64,000 nt of DNA, from positions 1 to 64,000 of the forward strand of contig JBKBRF010000002.1 in the NCBI GenBank assembly GCA_046292385.1, read 5' to 3'. The notes beneath the pieces are model-generated. The model searched no databases, had not been told where the DNA came from, and worked only from the letters and a program-made list of their open reading frames with translations. The position numbers and the translations under genes are program-made. This document shows, piece after piece, positions 35,019-44,856 of this stretch (the stretch's first letter is position 1; every line of letters begins with the position of its first letter). The DNA comes from Armatimonadota bacterium (GTDB lineage: Bacteria; Armatimonadota; SYMT01).

Positions 35019-35405
35019 TCACCAGCAGGCATTTGCCTCGGGGTACTGGTGAATCCGTTCGTCCGGAGTCAGGAGTCTGAAGCGCCGCTCCTGTGCGGTT
35101 GCCACCAGGATGCGATCGCATGGGTCGCGATGGTGATCCGGCAGCAGCGCGGAAGCGACGACAATCTCACGGGTGATGGGCGCTTCGATCAAGCCGTGGA
35201 TTTGAATGGCTCGCGTCAGCCATTCAGCGGGAGCGATCGGTAGAGACAGCTTTCCAGATCGGTGCTTCCAGGTAATCTCCCACGCAGAGATCGGTGAGAA
35301 GTAGAGCGCGTCCTTCTGCCGTGCCAGCCACTCTCTCGCGGCAGTGGAGAGCCGACTTTGATCGTCAGCCAGCCAGAGCATCGTGCACGTATCGAGAAGC
35401 AGCAT
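35019..35405 (-). CDS. vapC: PIN-domain toxin
   Basis: LLLDTC, SPISAWEI, HHRDPCDRILVATA, LLTPD. Confidence 0.9.
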   Translation of the reverse strand: MLLLDTCTMLWLADDQSRLSTAAREWLARQKDALYFSPISAWEITWKHRSGKLSLPIAPAEWLTRAIQIHGLIEAPITREIVVASALLPDHHRDPCDRILVATAQERRFRLLTPDERIHQYPEANACW

Positions 35406-35409
35406 TTGG

Positions 35410-35664
35410 CTACTCGAAGGCTTCCGGCCAATCCGACGGCGAAATCGGCGCCGTTGGGTCCTCGTGGAACTGAATGCCCATCAGGAGCGGATCACGTCGG
35501 AACGGACGGTCCGGGGAGTCCGGCTCTTCGTGCGGAGATGGTATCTCTGGCTCGGCATTCAGGGCGGCGGCGATCAGGGCCTCGGCTAATTCGTCGACAC
35601 TCCTGCCTTCTCGGGCTGCTTTACGGCGCAGCCGGGCTTCAGTTTCCTGGGTGAGCGCTACCAT
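35410..35664 (-). CDS. Putative antitoxin (RHH-like N-terminus)
   Basis: 84 aa directly upstream of the PIN gene; LRRKAAREGRSVDELAE; acidic C-terminus; GGAGGTGG RBS. Confidence 0.75.
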   Translation of the reverse strand: MVALTQETEARLRRKAAREGRSVDELAEALIAAALNAEPEIPSPHEEPDSPDRPFRRDPLLMGIQFHEDPTAPISPSDWPEAFE

Positions 35665-35761
35665 GCTCCCACCTCCAGTCGCAAGTACTCTCTACGCGCC
35701 TCGTTACCTCTATTATGCCGAGCCAATCCGTGGCACCACAATGGTGACCAGGCGGTGATCG

Positions 35762-37324
35762 TCAGGGACTACCGCTCCCGGTGCGGCTGGTGATGAACCC
35801 CTCCCACAGCTGGTTCTCCACCCAGAGCTGCACCGTCACGCCGGGGCGGAGGCTGTGGAAGCCGGTCATGAAGTGGCTCTCGCCCAGGCGCTCCGTGAGC
35901 GGCTCGTCGAGGTCGGAGGAGGAGAGGACGATCGGCGTGCTCCGGAGGCGCGCCTCGTCCTCTGCCGGCAGGCCGGTCCAGTAGCCGACCCGCTCCAGCC
36001 GCCGCAGGTACCAGGGGAGCGGCCAGTAGTACTCGTCGGAGAAGACGACCTGCGCCACGGTCTGCCGCCCGGCCGAGCTGAAGGCGGCCAGCTCGTTCAC
36101 CCGCTGCTCGATCTCCCGCACGCCCCGCAGCGGCTGCGCGTAGACGTACGGCCCGGCGTGGTCGTCGCGGTAGCCGAAGGTGGCGCGCTGCGACTGCCAC
36201 GCCAGGTGTCCCGCTCCCGCGAGGAGCAGGAGCGCTACTGCGGCCTTAAGCGGTGCCGACCGCGGCAGCGAGAGGAGCGTCCCGGCGCCCAGCCCCGCCA
36301 GCAGCAGGAAGCCGAGGTAGAAGCTCAGCAGGTTCCACGGCGTCTTGTACGGGATCAGGCTGTAGGCGAGGGTGAGCGCGACGGTGTAGACGAGGGCGAA
36401 GCGGACGAAGCCGGGGTGCGCACCGGAGCGCTCTCGCAGCTTGCGGGAGAGAGCCGTGACGGCTCCCACCGCGGCGAGCGCGAGGACGAGCAGCTCCGTC
36501 CAGACCGGCCCATCGTGCGGGCGCTGCCAGGCGAGGAGCGAAAGGTAGTAGTGCCACGGGTGGCGGTGGAGCTCCGTCCCGCCGGCGCGGCGGAGCCAGG
36601 GGGTGTAGGTCTCGAAGTAGCCGAGCGGCCCGGCCGGGTGGGAGAGGAAGCCGGAGAGGAAGAGGTAGGCGACCGCCAGCGACGCGACCACCGCGAGCCC
36701 CAGCCGCCACTTTTCCACCTTCGCTGCGGGCAGCTCCGGACGGGCGGCGAGCCAGGCGAGCCCGAGGGCGGCGAAGGTGAGGACGGAAGTTTCCTTCGTG
36801 GCGATCACCAGCCCGGCCGCGACCGCCGCGCCGGCCAGCCAGGGCAGGCCTCCGGAGACGCGGTGCCGCCACCAGCAGCCGATCAGCGCCAGCGTGAAGC
36901 AGATGAGGGCTACTTCCTGGATGAAATAGCGGCTGTAGAAGACGAACGGCGCGGAGACGGCGGTGAGGAGCGCCGCCGCGAGCGCCCCGCCGGTGCCGAG
37001 GCCGTCCCGGAGCAGCAGGAAGAGCGGGACCATCGCCGCCCCGAGCAGTGCCAGGGCCAGGCGGTAGTCGGCCTCCTGCGTCGCCGCGAAGCTCTCCCGG
37101 CCCCGTGCGGCGAGCACCGGCAGGGCGGCGTAGTAGATCGTTGGGCCGTGGTACTCGTTCGGGTCGTACTCGTAGCGGCCATGCTCCCACAGCTCCCGCA
37201 GCTTGGCGGCGTGGACCGCCTCGTCGCCGTGGAACGGGCGGTCGCCCAGGCGCGGGAGCCGGAGCAGGAGCGCCGCCGCCAGGATGCAGAGCATGGCGGC
37301 GGCGTAGGAGAGCTTCCGGCGCAT
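35762..37324 (-). CDS. TIGR03663-family membrane glycosyltransferase (PMT/GT-C-like)
   Basis: RPFHGDEAVHA, YDPNEYHGP, FYSRYFIQE, ATKET, YKTPW, YWPLPWYLR. Confidence 0.85.
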   Translation of the reverse strand: MRRKLSYAAAMLCILAAALLLRLPRLGDRPFHGDEAVHAAKLRELWEHGRYEYDPNEYHGPTIYYAALPVLAARGRESFAATQEADYRLALALLGAAMVPLFLLLRDGLGTGGALAAALLTAVSAPFVFYSRYFIQEVALICFTLALIGCWWRHRVSGGLPWLAGAAVAAGLVIATKETSVLTFAALGLAWLAARPELPAAKVEKWRLGLAVVASLAVAYLFLSGFLSHPAGPLGYFETYTPWLRRAGGTELHRHPWHYYLSLLAWQRPHDGPVWTELLVLALAAVGAVTALSRKLRERSGAHPGFVRFALVYTVALTLAYSLIPYKTPWNLLSFYLGFLLLAGLGAGTLLSLPRSAPLKAAVALLLLAGAGHLAWQSQRATFGYRDDHAGPYVYAQPLRGVREIEQRVNELAAFSSAGRQTVAQVVFSDEYYWPLPWYLRRLERVGYWTGLPAEDEARLRSTPIVLSSSDLDEPLTERLGESHFMTGFHSLRPGVTVQLWVENQLWEGFITSRTGSGSP

Positions 37325-37328
37325 CGAG

Positions 37329-38003
37329 CTACTTCGCGGGAAGGCCGTAGACTTCCACCTCGGCGTACCGGTTCAGCGGGTCGCGGTAGGTGCTGCCGTT
37401 GCTGTACAGGCGCACGTAGCGGGCGGTGACGCCCTTGGCGTCGACCAGCTTCCCTTCCTGCGTCTCGAAGTACTCCCGGTCGCGGCCGAGGCCGAGGCCG
37501 GACGAGTTGTCGACGTCGTTGTTGAAGAGGGTGGTCACTCCGTCGAGGAAGTTCGGGTCGTTGGAGATCTGCACCACCACGTCGCGGAAGACGACCGGCT
37601 CGTGGTGGAAGTGCCAGAAGAGGATGTAGAAGAGCTTCGACGGCGCACCGAGGTCGATCTGAACCCACTGCGTGCGGGAGTAGAGCTCCAGCACCGAGCC
37701 GTCGACCGCTTCCTTATTGCCGTCGGTCACCAGCTCCACGCTCCCCTCGTAGGGGGCCTTGCTGGTGGTCACCTTCTTCTTCAACGCGAGATTGGTGGTC
37801 CCTTTGGGGACCAGCGGCACCGGCCGCGGGCGGCCGAGCGGCTTCTCCACGTTGGTGCCTACCGGGGCATTAGAGGGGGTGCCTGCGAACGCCGGCTTCG
37901 GCAGCGTATGCGGCAGTGGGACCATCTCGTTCTGCGCGGTTGCCGTTAGCGGCAGCACGCCGGCTCCAAAGACCGCGGCCGCCAGGAGTAGGTTACGTCT
38001 CAC
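37329..38003 (-). CDS. Secreted discoidin/F5-8 type C-like protein
   Basis: Signal peptide, NLALKKKV, VTDGNK, WVQIDLG, ARYVRLYSNG, EVEVYG; GTG start at 38003. Confidence 0.82.
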   Translation of the reverse strand: MRRNLLLAAAVFGAGVLPLTATAQNEMVPLPHTLPKPAFAGTPSNAPVGTNVEKPLGRPRPVPLVPKGTTNLALKKKVTTSKAPYEGSVELVTDGNKEAVDGSVLELYSRTQWVQIDLGAPSKLFYILFWHFHHEPVVFRDVVVQISNDPNFLDGVTTLFNNDVDNSSGLGLGRDREYFETQEGKLVDAKGVTARYVRLYSNGSTYRDPLNRYAEVEVYGLPAK

Positions 38004-38020
38004 GAATCGTTCTCCCTGGC

Positions 38021-39343
38021 TCACACGCCCCACCCGCCGCGAGCATGGCGGGCGCGGAGGCGGTTCGCCTCGTCATCGTTCACGAACTGCTCGCGCTTGC
38101 CCTCCCAGGTGAGCGGGCGCCGGAGCTGCATCCCGATCGCGGCGATGGAGCAGAGGGTGGTGGCGCGGTGGGCGACCTCCACCGGCGCGCAGGTGCGGCG
38201 GCCCTTCCGAACGCAGTCGATGAAGTCGCCGGGCAGCGTCTCCCGCAGGCGCACCTTATCCCGCGGCCCGATGCGGACCTGCAGGAGGTGCTTCGGCTCC
38301 GCCTCCACCTGGTTGCGCCAGATGAAAACCTGGCCTTCCGTCCCCTCGAACGTCACGCCCATCCGGTGCTGGGGCCAATCGCTGCTCGCCGGAGAGCCGA
38401 AGCCGTCGCCGGCGCAGTCGGTCCAGTGCCAGGTGGGGCCGCCCTCGAAGGCGAAGCGCATCTGCCAGCGGTGGGGGTTGTCGAAGAGGCCGTCGGCGGG
38501 GAAGATCCCCTTCGCGTCGACCTCCACCCGGCCGGTGTAGTCGTCCAGGCCGGAGCCCTGCATGGCGCTGTCGCAGTGGTGCACGCCCCAGCCGGCGATG
38601 TAGCCGAGGCTGTAGTCGGAGATGTGGTACCACGGGTGCGACGCGATCCGGAGCGGCGTGAAGGGAGCCCACGGCGCCGGGCCGAGCCACATGTTCCAGT
38701 CGAGGCCCTCCGGCACCGGCTGCGGCGGCTGCGGGGGGCAGGTCGCGCCGGACGGGCTGCCGATCTTCACGTGCTTCAGTTCGCCGATGTAGCCGTTGCG
38801 CACCAGCTCGCAGCCGAAAAGCATCCGCTCGTCGTGCCGCTGCTGCGTGCCGTGCTGGAAGACGACTCCGTGCCGGCGGACGGCGTCGACCACGGCCTGC
38901 CCCTCCGCGATCGTCCGCGTGAGCGGCTTCTGGCAGTAGACGTGCTTGCCGGCCCGGGCGGCGGCGACTACGATGGGGGCGTGCCAGTGGTCCGGCGTGG
39001 CGATGTAGACCGCGTCGACGTCCGGCCGGGCGAGCAGCTCGCGGAAGTCGTTCACGGCGGCGCAGGTGCCCTTGCCCTGCTGCGCCTCCACCAGCGTCTT
39101 CGCTGCCTCGCGCCGCTGCCGCTGGACGTCGCAGACGCCGACGTACTGCACGTCCTCGCGCAGGAACATGTTCCACGCGAAGCCCATGCCGATCGACGCC
39201 ATGTTGATCCGGTTGCTGGGAGCGGTGTTCCCGTCCCGGCCGAGGGCGCGGGCGGGGATGAACATCGGAATCGCGAGCGCGGCCCCCGCCCCGCAGGCAC
39301 GGGAGAGGAGCTCTCTCCGGCTGGTCGTCTGTCTCTCCGCCAT
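38021..39343 (-). CDS. Gfo/Idh/MocA oxidoreductase with Tat signal
   Basis: SRRELL, IATPDHWHA, YCQKPL, HGTQQR, LDWNMWLGPAP; ATG 39343. Confidence 0.92.
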   Translation of the reverse strand: MAERQTTSRRELLSRACGAGAALAIPMFIPARALGRDGNTAPSNRINMASIGMGFAWNMFLREDVQYVGVCDVQRQRREAAKTLVEAQQGKGTCAAVNDFRELLARPDVDAVYIATPDHWHAPIVVAAARAGKHVYCQKPLTRTIAEGQAVVDAVRRHGVVFQHGTQQRHDERMLFGCELVRNGYIGELKHVKIGSPSGATCPPQPPQPVPEGLDWNMWLGPAPWAPFTPLRIASHPWYHISDYSLGYIAGWGVHHCDSAMQGSGLDDYTGRVEVDAKGIFPADGLFDNPHRWQMRFAFEGGPTWHWTDCAGDGFGSPASSDWPQHRMGVTFEGTEGQVFIWRNQVEAEPKHLLQVRIGPRDKVRLRETLPGDFIDCVRKGRRTCAPVEVAHRATTLCSIAAIGMQLRRPLTWEGKREQFVNDDEANRLRARHARGGWGV

Positions 39344-39345
39344 CG

Positions 39346-42300
39346 CTACCTCCTCACCTGCGCCGCGCGGGCGCGCAGCTCCGTCGCCTGCGTCTTCAGC
39401 TCCGCGTTCTCTACGCGCGCCAGCACCTGGTCCATCGCCTCGATCACGAGCGCGGCGTGCTCCGGCAGCAGCTTCCCGGAGATCGCGACCACCGCCGCGC
39501 CGGCTTCTTCGGCCACCCCCTCCTGTGCCAGCAGCGGCAGTGCCGTCCGCAGCGCCTCCACCGCCGGCACTCCCGTCAGGGCGGCCAGCGCCAGCCGGCG
39601 CTCGTCGTCGCGCTGCGCCAGGGCCAGCCCCTGGCGAGACATCTCCAGCCGCCGCTCGGCCGGGACCGCCGGCAGCGCCGCCATGCGGAGGTAGCCGCGC
39701 AGGGCCAGCGTGCGGTGCGTCGGGTTCGCGCTCTGCGTCAGCGAGAGCAGCGCCTCCGCCGCGTCGGGGGTCGGCCAATCGGTGAGCAGCCCCAGCGCCT
39801 CGTTTTGCAGCTCCGGGTCCGGGTCGCCGACCGCCGCCCGCACCGCCGCCAGCGCCTTCGGCCCGCCGTGCAGGGCGAGCGACCGCAGCAGGGCCGCCTT
39901 CGCCTCGCCCTTCGCTCCGCCGAGGCCGGCCAGGAGCGCGTCGGCCCACCGGTCTTTCTCCCGGGTGCGGGCGTAGACCGTGGCGAGCGCCCGCTCCGCC
40001 GACTGGATCTCCCGTGGGTCGTCCGTGCCGGTCAGCAGCTCCACCAGCGCCGGCGTCTCCGCGGTCCCGGCGGTTTCTCCCAGCGCCCGGAGCGCGGCGA
40101 CCCGCAGGGCGGGCTCGTCTCCTCGGGCGGTCCGGAGCAGGAGGGGCCCCGCCGCGGCGTGGCCGCGCCGGCCGAGTGCCTCGACCGCGGCCGCGCGGCG
40201 CTTCACGTCTCCCTGTTCCACGGAGCGCAGCAGGGCGGCGTCCACCGCATCACCGGAGAGCGCGGCCAGGCTGCCGCGAGCGGCGGCGGCAAGCTCCGGA
40301 TCGGTCCCGCCGGCCTCCGCAAGAAGCATCGGCACGTCGGTCTCGTCTCCCAGCCGCCCCAGGGCCTGCGCGGCGGTGAGGCGCACCGCAGGATTGCCGA
40401 GCCGCAGGGTGTCCCGCACGGCGGGCGCGGCCGCGGGATCGCCGCGGTCGGCCAGCGCGGTGATCGCCAGGGCCTGTGCCTCCGCGGGGAGTCTCCCCAG
40501 GCGAGACGCGATGGCGGTGGTGACTTCCGGGCCCGGCAACTCCCGGATCAGGAGGAGCATGGCGGCACGGCCCTCGGGATCGCCCGCGTGGAGCTGCTCC
40601 AGCAGGAGCGGCACCCCGGCGGCTCCGCGGAGCAGGATCGTCGCCCGCACCGCCGCGCGGCGCGCCGGCTGCGGCACGTCGGGCCGGCGCAAGCGCTCGT
40701 AGAGGCGCGCCGCATCCTGTCCCTCGGACTGCTCCGCGCACTTGAGCAATGCTGCCGCGAGGACCGGCGCTTCAGAAGCGGGAGCCTGATCGAGGGCGGC
40801 GGAGAGGGCGGCCGCGGCCGACGGCCCGCCGATGCTCCCCAGCGCCACGATGGCGGCGCTGCGGACGGAGGCCTCCGCGTCCCGGAGCAGCGGCGCGAGG
40901 TGCGGCACCGCGCCGCGGCTCCCGCGGTGGCCGAGCGTCTGGATCAGCTCCACGCGCGCGCCAACCGGCGCCCGTTCCAGGGCCTGAATCAGGGCGCGCT
41001 CCGCTTCGGCGCTGGGGATCCGCTCCAGGGCAAAGCAGGCCATCGGGGTCAGGACCGGATCGCCGAGCAGCTTCGCCAGGGTGGGGACGCTCGCCGCGGA
41101 GCCGACCACCGCCAGCTGGCGGCAGACGAAGTCGCGAGCGGCCGCCGTGTTCGCCGGATCGCCGAGGACCTCGAGCAGCCGCGCTTCCAGCGCCTGGCGT
41201 GCTCTCCGGTCCGCCCCGGCCCGGGTAACCGCCTCTTCGATCGGCCCCAGCGGCCGGCGGGTCATGCCCCAGTCGTAGGCCGGCAGGTAGTCCCACGGGT
41301 CGAGCGCCACCGTCACCGGCGGCTGGATCGCCGGGCCGTACTTCTGGATCAGGTGCGCGGTGAGGCCGGCGCGCTGCGCTTCCGTGAGGGCGGTGCGGTA
41401 GATCAGTACCTCGGAGACGTCGCCGTGGAAGTGACCGCGCTCCTGGCCGAGGTAGAACCGCCCTCCCAGGCGCAGCTCTTCCATCACGGTGAGGGCGTCG
41501 CTCGCGCCGCGCGCTTCCTCTTCCTGGCCGTTCACCCAGAGCCGGGAGCTGCCGCTGCCGGTGCTGAGGACCAGCACCTGTCCGCTGCCGAACGGGGCCG
41601 CGCCGGTGCGCAGGTTCGTGGCGCCGCCGCCCTTGATCCCCTCGATGTTGACCGCGTTGAAGGCGGGGGTAGCGGTGGGGCCGAGGTCGAGATTGAACCC
41701 GGTTTGGAAGTCGTCCTGGCCGGGCCGGTTCGCCGCCAGGAGCGACCGGAACTGCCCGGCGTTGGAGCGCGGCGTCACCACGAGGGCGAGCGTCCACTCC
41801 TTCGAAGCCTGCCGGAAGGCGGTGTCCCGGAGCACGTCATCCATACCGTCGAAGCGGACCGCCGGCCGGCCGCCGAGCGCCTCCGCGGCGTAGACCGGCT
41901 GCCTCGCTCCCGTGCTGGTGAGGCGCGCGGTAACGCGGCCCGCTTTACTGGCCCAGGCGGAGACGCGGCCGTCCGCGCCGGTCGTCACGGTGGCGCGGTC
42001 CGCGGCGTCGAGCCAGAGCAGCAGGTCCGGATCGGCGGCGTTCGGCGCGACCGGCGCCGCGGGCTCCTGCGCCGTCTTCACCACCTCCGGCTTGCGCGTG
42101 GTGGTGCGCGCCCCGGAAAGCGCCAGTGGGTCGAACCGGTAGGGCGACTCGCCCGCCGCCCAGGCGGTGCCGCGCAGCACCAGGAGGCGGAAGTACGGAT
42201 CGTCGAAGGTCCAGGAGTAGTGGCCCGGGATCGAGTTGAAGACGCGCCCTTTGCCGACCGTGTGGGTCCAGAACATCGGGTGCGGCGCGAGCTGCCCGGT

Positions 42301-43047
42301 GCCGGGAGTCGCCTCCTCCGCGGTGGCGAGCACCTGCACGCGAGAGGCGTCGCCGATCAGCGGCCAGTAGCTCTCGTCTTCGAAGTGGATCCGCTCCGGG
42401 AGGCCGCGGGTGATCGGGTGGCTCGGGTCGGAGATCTTGAGGTCGAGCGGCCCGTGCCGGAAGAGGGTGCGGCCGCTCTCCCAGGCGAGGCCCAGCAGGT
42501 CGGCCAGCGGCTCCGCGTGCGGCTTCTCCGCGATGACGGCGGCGTGCAGCGCCACGAACCCGGCACCGCGGTCGAGCAGCGCCCGCAGGTCCCGCAGCTT
42601 CGCCTCGTTCCAGATCCCGCCGGTCCCCATGAAGGCGACCACCACGTCGGCCCGCCGGAGCTGCTCCGGAGTGGGCCAGTCGACCGCCGTCTCCACCCGC
42701 ACCTTCGGCGCGCCCGGCCGCGGACCCGGGGGGAGATCGGAGGTCGGGCCGTAGAGCGTCACCGGCGCCGACCCGGCCTGCTCTCCCCCCAGCAGCACCT
42801 TCCAGCGCTCCATCCAGCGGGGGTAGTCGTGCTCGTGGGCTCCGTGGTCCTTGCGGTTCGCCACCAGCAGCACGTTGAGCGCGCGCAGCTCCCGGGCGGC
42901 GGGCGGCTTCGGCGCCTGGGCCAGCACCGCCTTCACCTCCGCCAGCTCCCGCCGCGGCGGCGGAACGGCCGACCACGCCGGACTGAGACCGGCTCCCACC
43001 AGGAGCAGGAAGCCGGTCCACCGCTTGCACGCGCTGCTTACACTCAT
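39346..43047 (-). CDS. Secreted ThuA-domain + LamG-like + HEAT-repeat protein
   Basis: DHGAHEHDY, HPITRGL..DESYW, GRVFNSIPGH (ThuA); LLLWLDA..FHGDVSEVLIYRTAL (LamG-like); long HEAT array. Confidence 0.85.
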   Translation of the reverse strand: MSVSSACKRWTGFLLLVGAGLSPAWSAVPPPRRELAEVKAVLAQAPKPPAARELRALNVLLVANRKDHGAHEHDYPRWMERWKVLLGGEQAGSAPVTLYGPTSDLPPGPRPGAPKVRVETAVDWPTPEQLRRADVVVAFMGTGGIWNEAKLRDLRALLDRGAGFVALHAAVIAEKPHAEPLADLLGLAWESGRTLFRHGPLDLKISDPSHPITRGLPERIHFEDESYWPLIGDASRVQVLATAEEATPGTGQLAPHPMFWTHTVGKGRVFNSIPGHYSWTFDDPYFRLLVLRGTAWAAGESPYRFDPLALSGARTTTRKPEVVKTAQEPAAPVAPNAADPDLLLWLDAADRATVTTGADGRVSAWASKAGRVTARLTSTGARQPVYAAEALGGRPAVRFDGMDDVLRDTAFRQASKEWTLALVVTPRSNAGQFRSLLAANRPGQDDFQTGFNLDLGPTATPAFNAVNIEGIKGGGATNLRTGAAPFGSGQVLVLSTGSGSSRLWVNGQEEEARGASDALTVMEELRLGGRFYLGQERGHFHGDVSEVLIYRTALTEAQRAGLTAHLIQKYGPAIQPPVTVALDPWDYLPAYDWGMTRRPLGPIEEAVTRAGADRRARQALEARLLEVLGDPANTAAARDFVCRQLAVVGSAASVPTLAKLLGDPVLTPMACFALERIPSAEAERALIQALERAPVGARVELIQTLGHRGSRGAVPHLAPLLRDAEASVRSAAIVALGSIGGPSAAAALSAALDQAPASEAPVLAAALLKCAEQSEGQDAARLYERLRRPDVPQPARRAAVRATILLRGAAGVPLLLEQLHAGDPEGRAAMLLLIRELPGPEVTTAIASRLGRLPAEAQALAITALADRGDPAAAPAVRDTLRLGNPAVRLTAAQALGRLGDETDVPMLLAEAGGTDPELAAAARGSLAALSGDAVDAALLRSVEQGDVKRRAAAVEALGRRGHAAAGPLLLRTARGDEPALRVAALRALGETAGTAETPALVELLTGTDDPREIQSAERALATVYARTREKDRWADALLAGLGGAKGEAKAALLRSLALHGGPKALAAVRAAVGDPDPELQNEALGLLTDWPTPDAAEALLSLTQSANPTHRTLALRGYLRMAALPAVPAERRLEMSRQGLALAQRDDERRLALAALTGVPAVEALRTALPLLAQEGVAEEAGAAVVAISGKLLPEHAALVIEAMDQVLARVENAELKTQATELRARAAQVRR

Positions 43048-43051
43048 GTCG

Positions 43052-43555
43052 CTACTCCGAGCCTTCGTATGCTTTCCGGATGCCTTCGATATCGATCTTC
43101 TTCATCGGGAACAGGGCGTTCATCGCTCGTTGGGAGCGCTCGTCGGTCGGGTCCGAGAGCATCTCCAGGACCGGCACCGGCGTCACCTGCCAGGAGAGAC
43201 CGAAGCGGTCTTTCAGCCAGCCGCACACCTGCGCCTGCTCGTCGCCGCCCGGGGTGAGGCGCTCCCAGTAGTAGTCGACCTCTTCCTGCGTCTCGCAGCG
43301 GATCTGGAACGAGACCGCCTCGTTGAACCGGAACTGCGGCCCGCCGTTCAGGGCGGTGAACTTCTGGCCGTCCAGCTCGAATTCCACGATCATCACCGAT
43401 CCGGGCTCCCGGCCGTGGATCTCGCGCCCCGCCTCGCCGTAGGGGACGATCGAGACGATCCGCGAGTTGGGGAAGATGCCGGTGTAGAACCGGGCCGCCT
43501 CCTCGGCTTCGCTCTCGAACCAGAGGCAAGGGGTGATGCTTCGACTCAGTGGCAT
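43052..43555 (-). CDS. VOC/PhnB-family protein
   Basis: ITPCLWF, FTALNGGPQF, QEEVDYYWE, CGWLKDRFGLSWQV. Confidence 0.92.
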   Translation of the reverse strand: MPLSRSITPCLWFESEAEEAARFYTGIFPNSRIVSIVPYGEAGREIHGREPGSVMIVEFELDGQKFTALNGGPQFRFNEAVSFQIRCETQEEVDYYWERLTPGGDEQAQVCGWLKDRFGLSWQVTPVPVLEMLSDPTDERSQRAMNALFPMKKIDIEGIRKAYEGSE

Positions 43556-43640
43556 GACGCTCCTCCGCAATGACGTGACCGCGGCCGGATTTGGCCGGGC
43601 TCCGTAGTGAGTCGCGCGGCCGTTCCGGTTTTCGACAACT

Positions 43641-44855
43641 TCAACGGGCGACTGTCGATAACTGCCGAAGCAGCGTCTCCGCGCAGGTCTCCGCGAAGAT
43701 CGGGTCGTTAATGTTGCAGTCGAGCTCTACCACCTCCACGTTCGGGTTCAGTCCCGCCTTCAACGCCGCGTAGAGCGCCCCGTCCGCCTCGGGAGACCAG
43801 AACGGCCCGCCCGGGGAGTCGATCATGCTCACGCCGCGGGCGGGCAGGACCACCGTCACCGGCCCCGTGCTCGCGTTCAGCTTGCCGGCGATGATCTCGC
43901 CCAGGCGGCGGTTCTCCTCCGCGTCGGTGCGCATCAGCGTCACGTTCGGGTTGTGCGGGTAGAAGGTCCGCCCCTGGAAACGGGCCGGGACCGTCTCCGG
44001 CGCGCCGAAGTTGACCATGTCGAGGCAGCCGGGCGCCACCACCGCCGGCACCCCGCGCCGCGCGGCGGCCTCCAGGCGCGCGGGCCCCGCGGCGAAGACG
44101 CCGCCGACCAACTCGTCGGCCCACTCGGTCGTCGTGAGGTCGAGCACCCCCGCAACCTGCCCGGAGTCGATCAGCGCCTCCATGGTCCGGCCGCCCTGGC
44201 CGGTGCAGTGGAAAACGAGCACCTCGTAGCCGCGCTCCTCCAGGATCGCCCGGGCGCGCTCCACGGCCGGGGTGGTGTTGCCGAACATCGAAGCGGCGAT
44301 GAGCGGCCGGTCGGCGCCGCGGGGAACCTCCGTCTCGACCATCCCGCAGACCGCCCCCGCCGCGCGGGCGAAGACGCCGCGGCTGATCCGGTTGAGGCCC
44401 GCCACGTCGACGATGGACGGGATCATCACGATGTCGTGGACCCCGACGTAGCCGGAGACGTCGCCGCCGGCCACGGTGGAGACCATCACCTTCGGCACGC
44501 CGAGCGGCAGCGCGCGCATGGCGGCGCAGGCGACCGAGCTGCCGCCGCTGCCGCCGAGCGCGAGGACGCCGTCGAATCGGCCCTCCGCGTGGAGCTTCGG
44601 CAGCAGCGCGGCCGCGCCCCGGCTCATCACCGCCACCGCCTCACCGCGGTCCTTGCGCGCGGCCAGCTCCGATAGCTCCGCCCCGGCGGCCCGGGCCACT
44701 TCCTCGCGGGACACGTCCGGGGGAATCTGCGCGTCTCCCAGCACGCCGACGTCGATCAGGAGCGTCCGGTGACCGCGCGCCTCGATCTGCTCCTTGACGA
44801 AGCGGTACTCCGCGCCCTTGGTGTCGAGCGCGCCGATCAGGGCTACCGTCGCCAT
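43641..44855 (-). CDS. Tm-1-like ATP-binding domain protein (UPF0261)
   Basis: GALDTKGAE, LGGSGGS, LPLGVPKVMVST, SMFGNTTP, DLTTTE, LDMVNFG, HNPNVTLMRT. Confidence 0.9.
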   Translation of the reverse strand: MATVALIGALDTKGAEYRFVKEQIEARGHRTLLIDVGVLGDAQIPPDVSREEVARAAGAELSELAARKDRGEAVAVMSRGAAALLPKLHAEGRFDGVLALGGSGGSSVACAAMRALPLGVPKVMVSTVAGGDVSGYVGVHDIVMIPSIVDVAGLNRISRGVFARAAGAVCGMVETEVPRGADRPLIAASMFGNTTPAVERARAILEERGYEVLVFHCTGQGGRTMEALIDSGQVAGVLDLTTTEWADELVGGVFAAGPARLEAAARRGVPAVVAPGCLDMVNFGAPETVPARFQGRTFYPHNPNVTLMRTDAEENRRLGEIIAGKLNASTGPVTVVLPARGVSMIDSPGGPFWSPEADGALYAALKAGLNPNVEVVELDCNINDPIFAETCAETLLRQLSTVAR

Positions 44856-44856
44856 C

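Noticed and set aside
39457..43257. Very long antisense or alternate-frame ORFs (also 31981..34338, 23372..25852, 6291..8135, 57061..59151)
   Set aside because: Shadow ORFs of high-GC genes; they overlap well-supported CDSs and have no motifs
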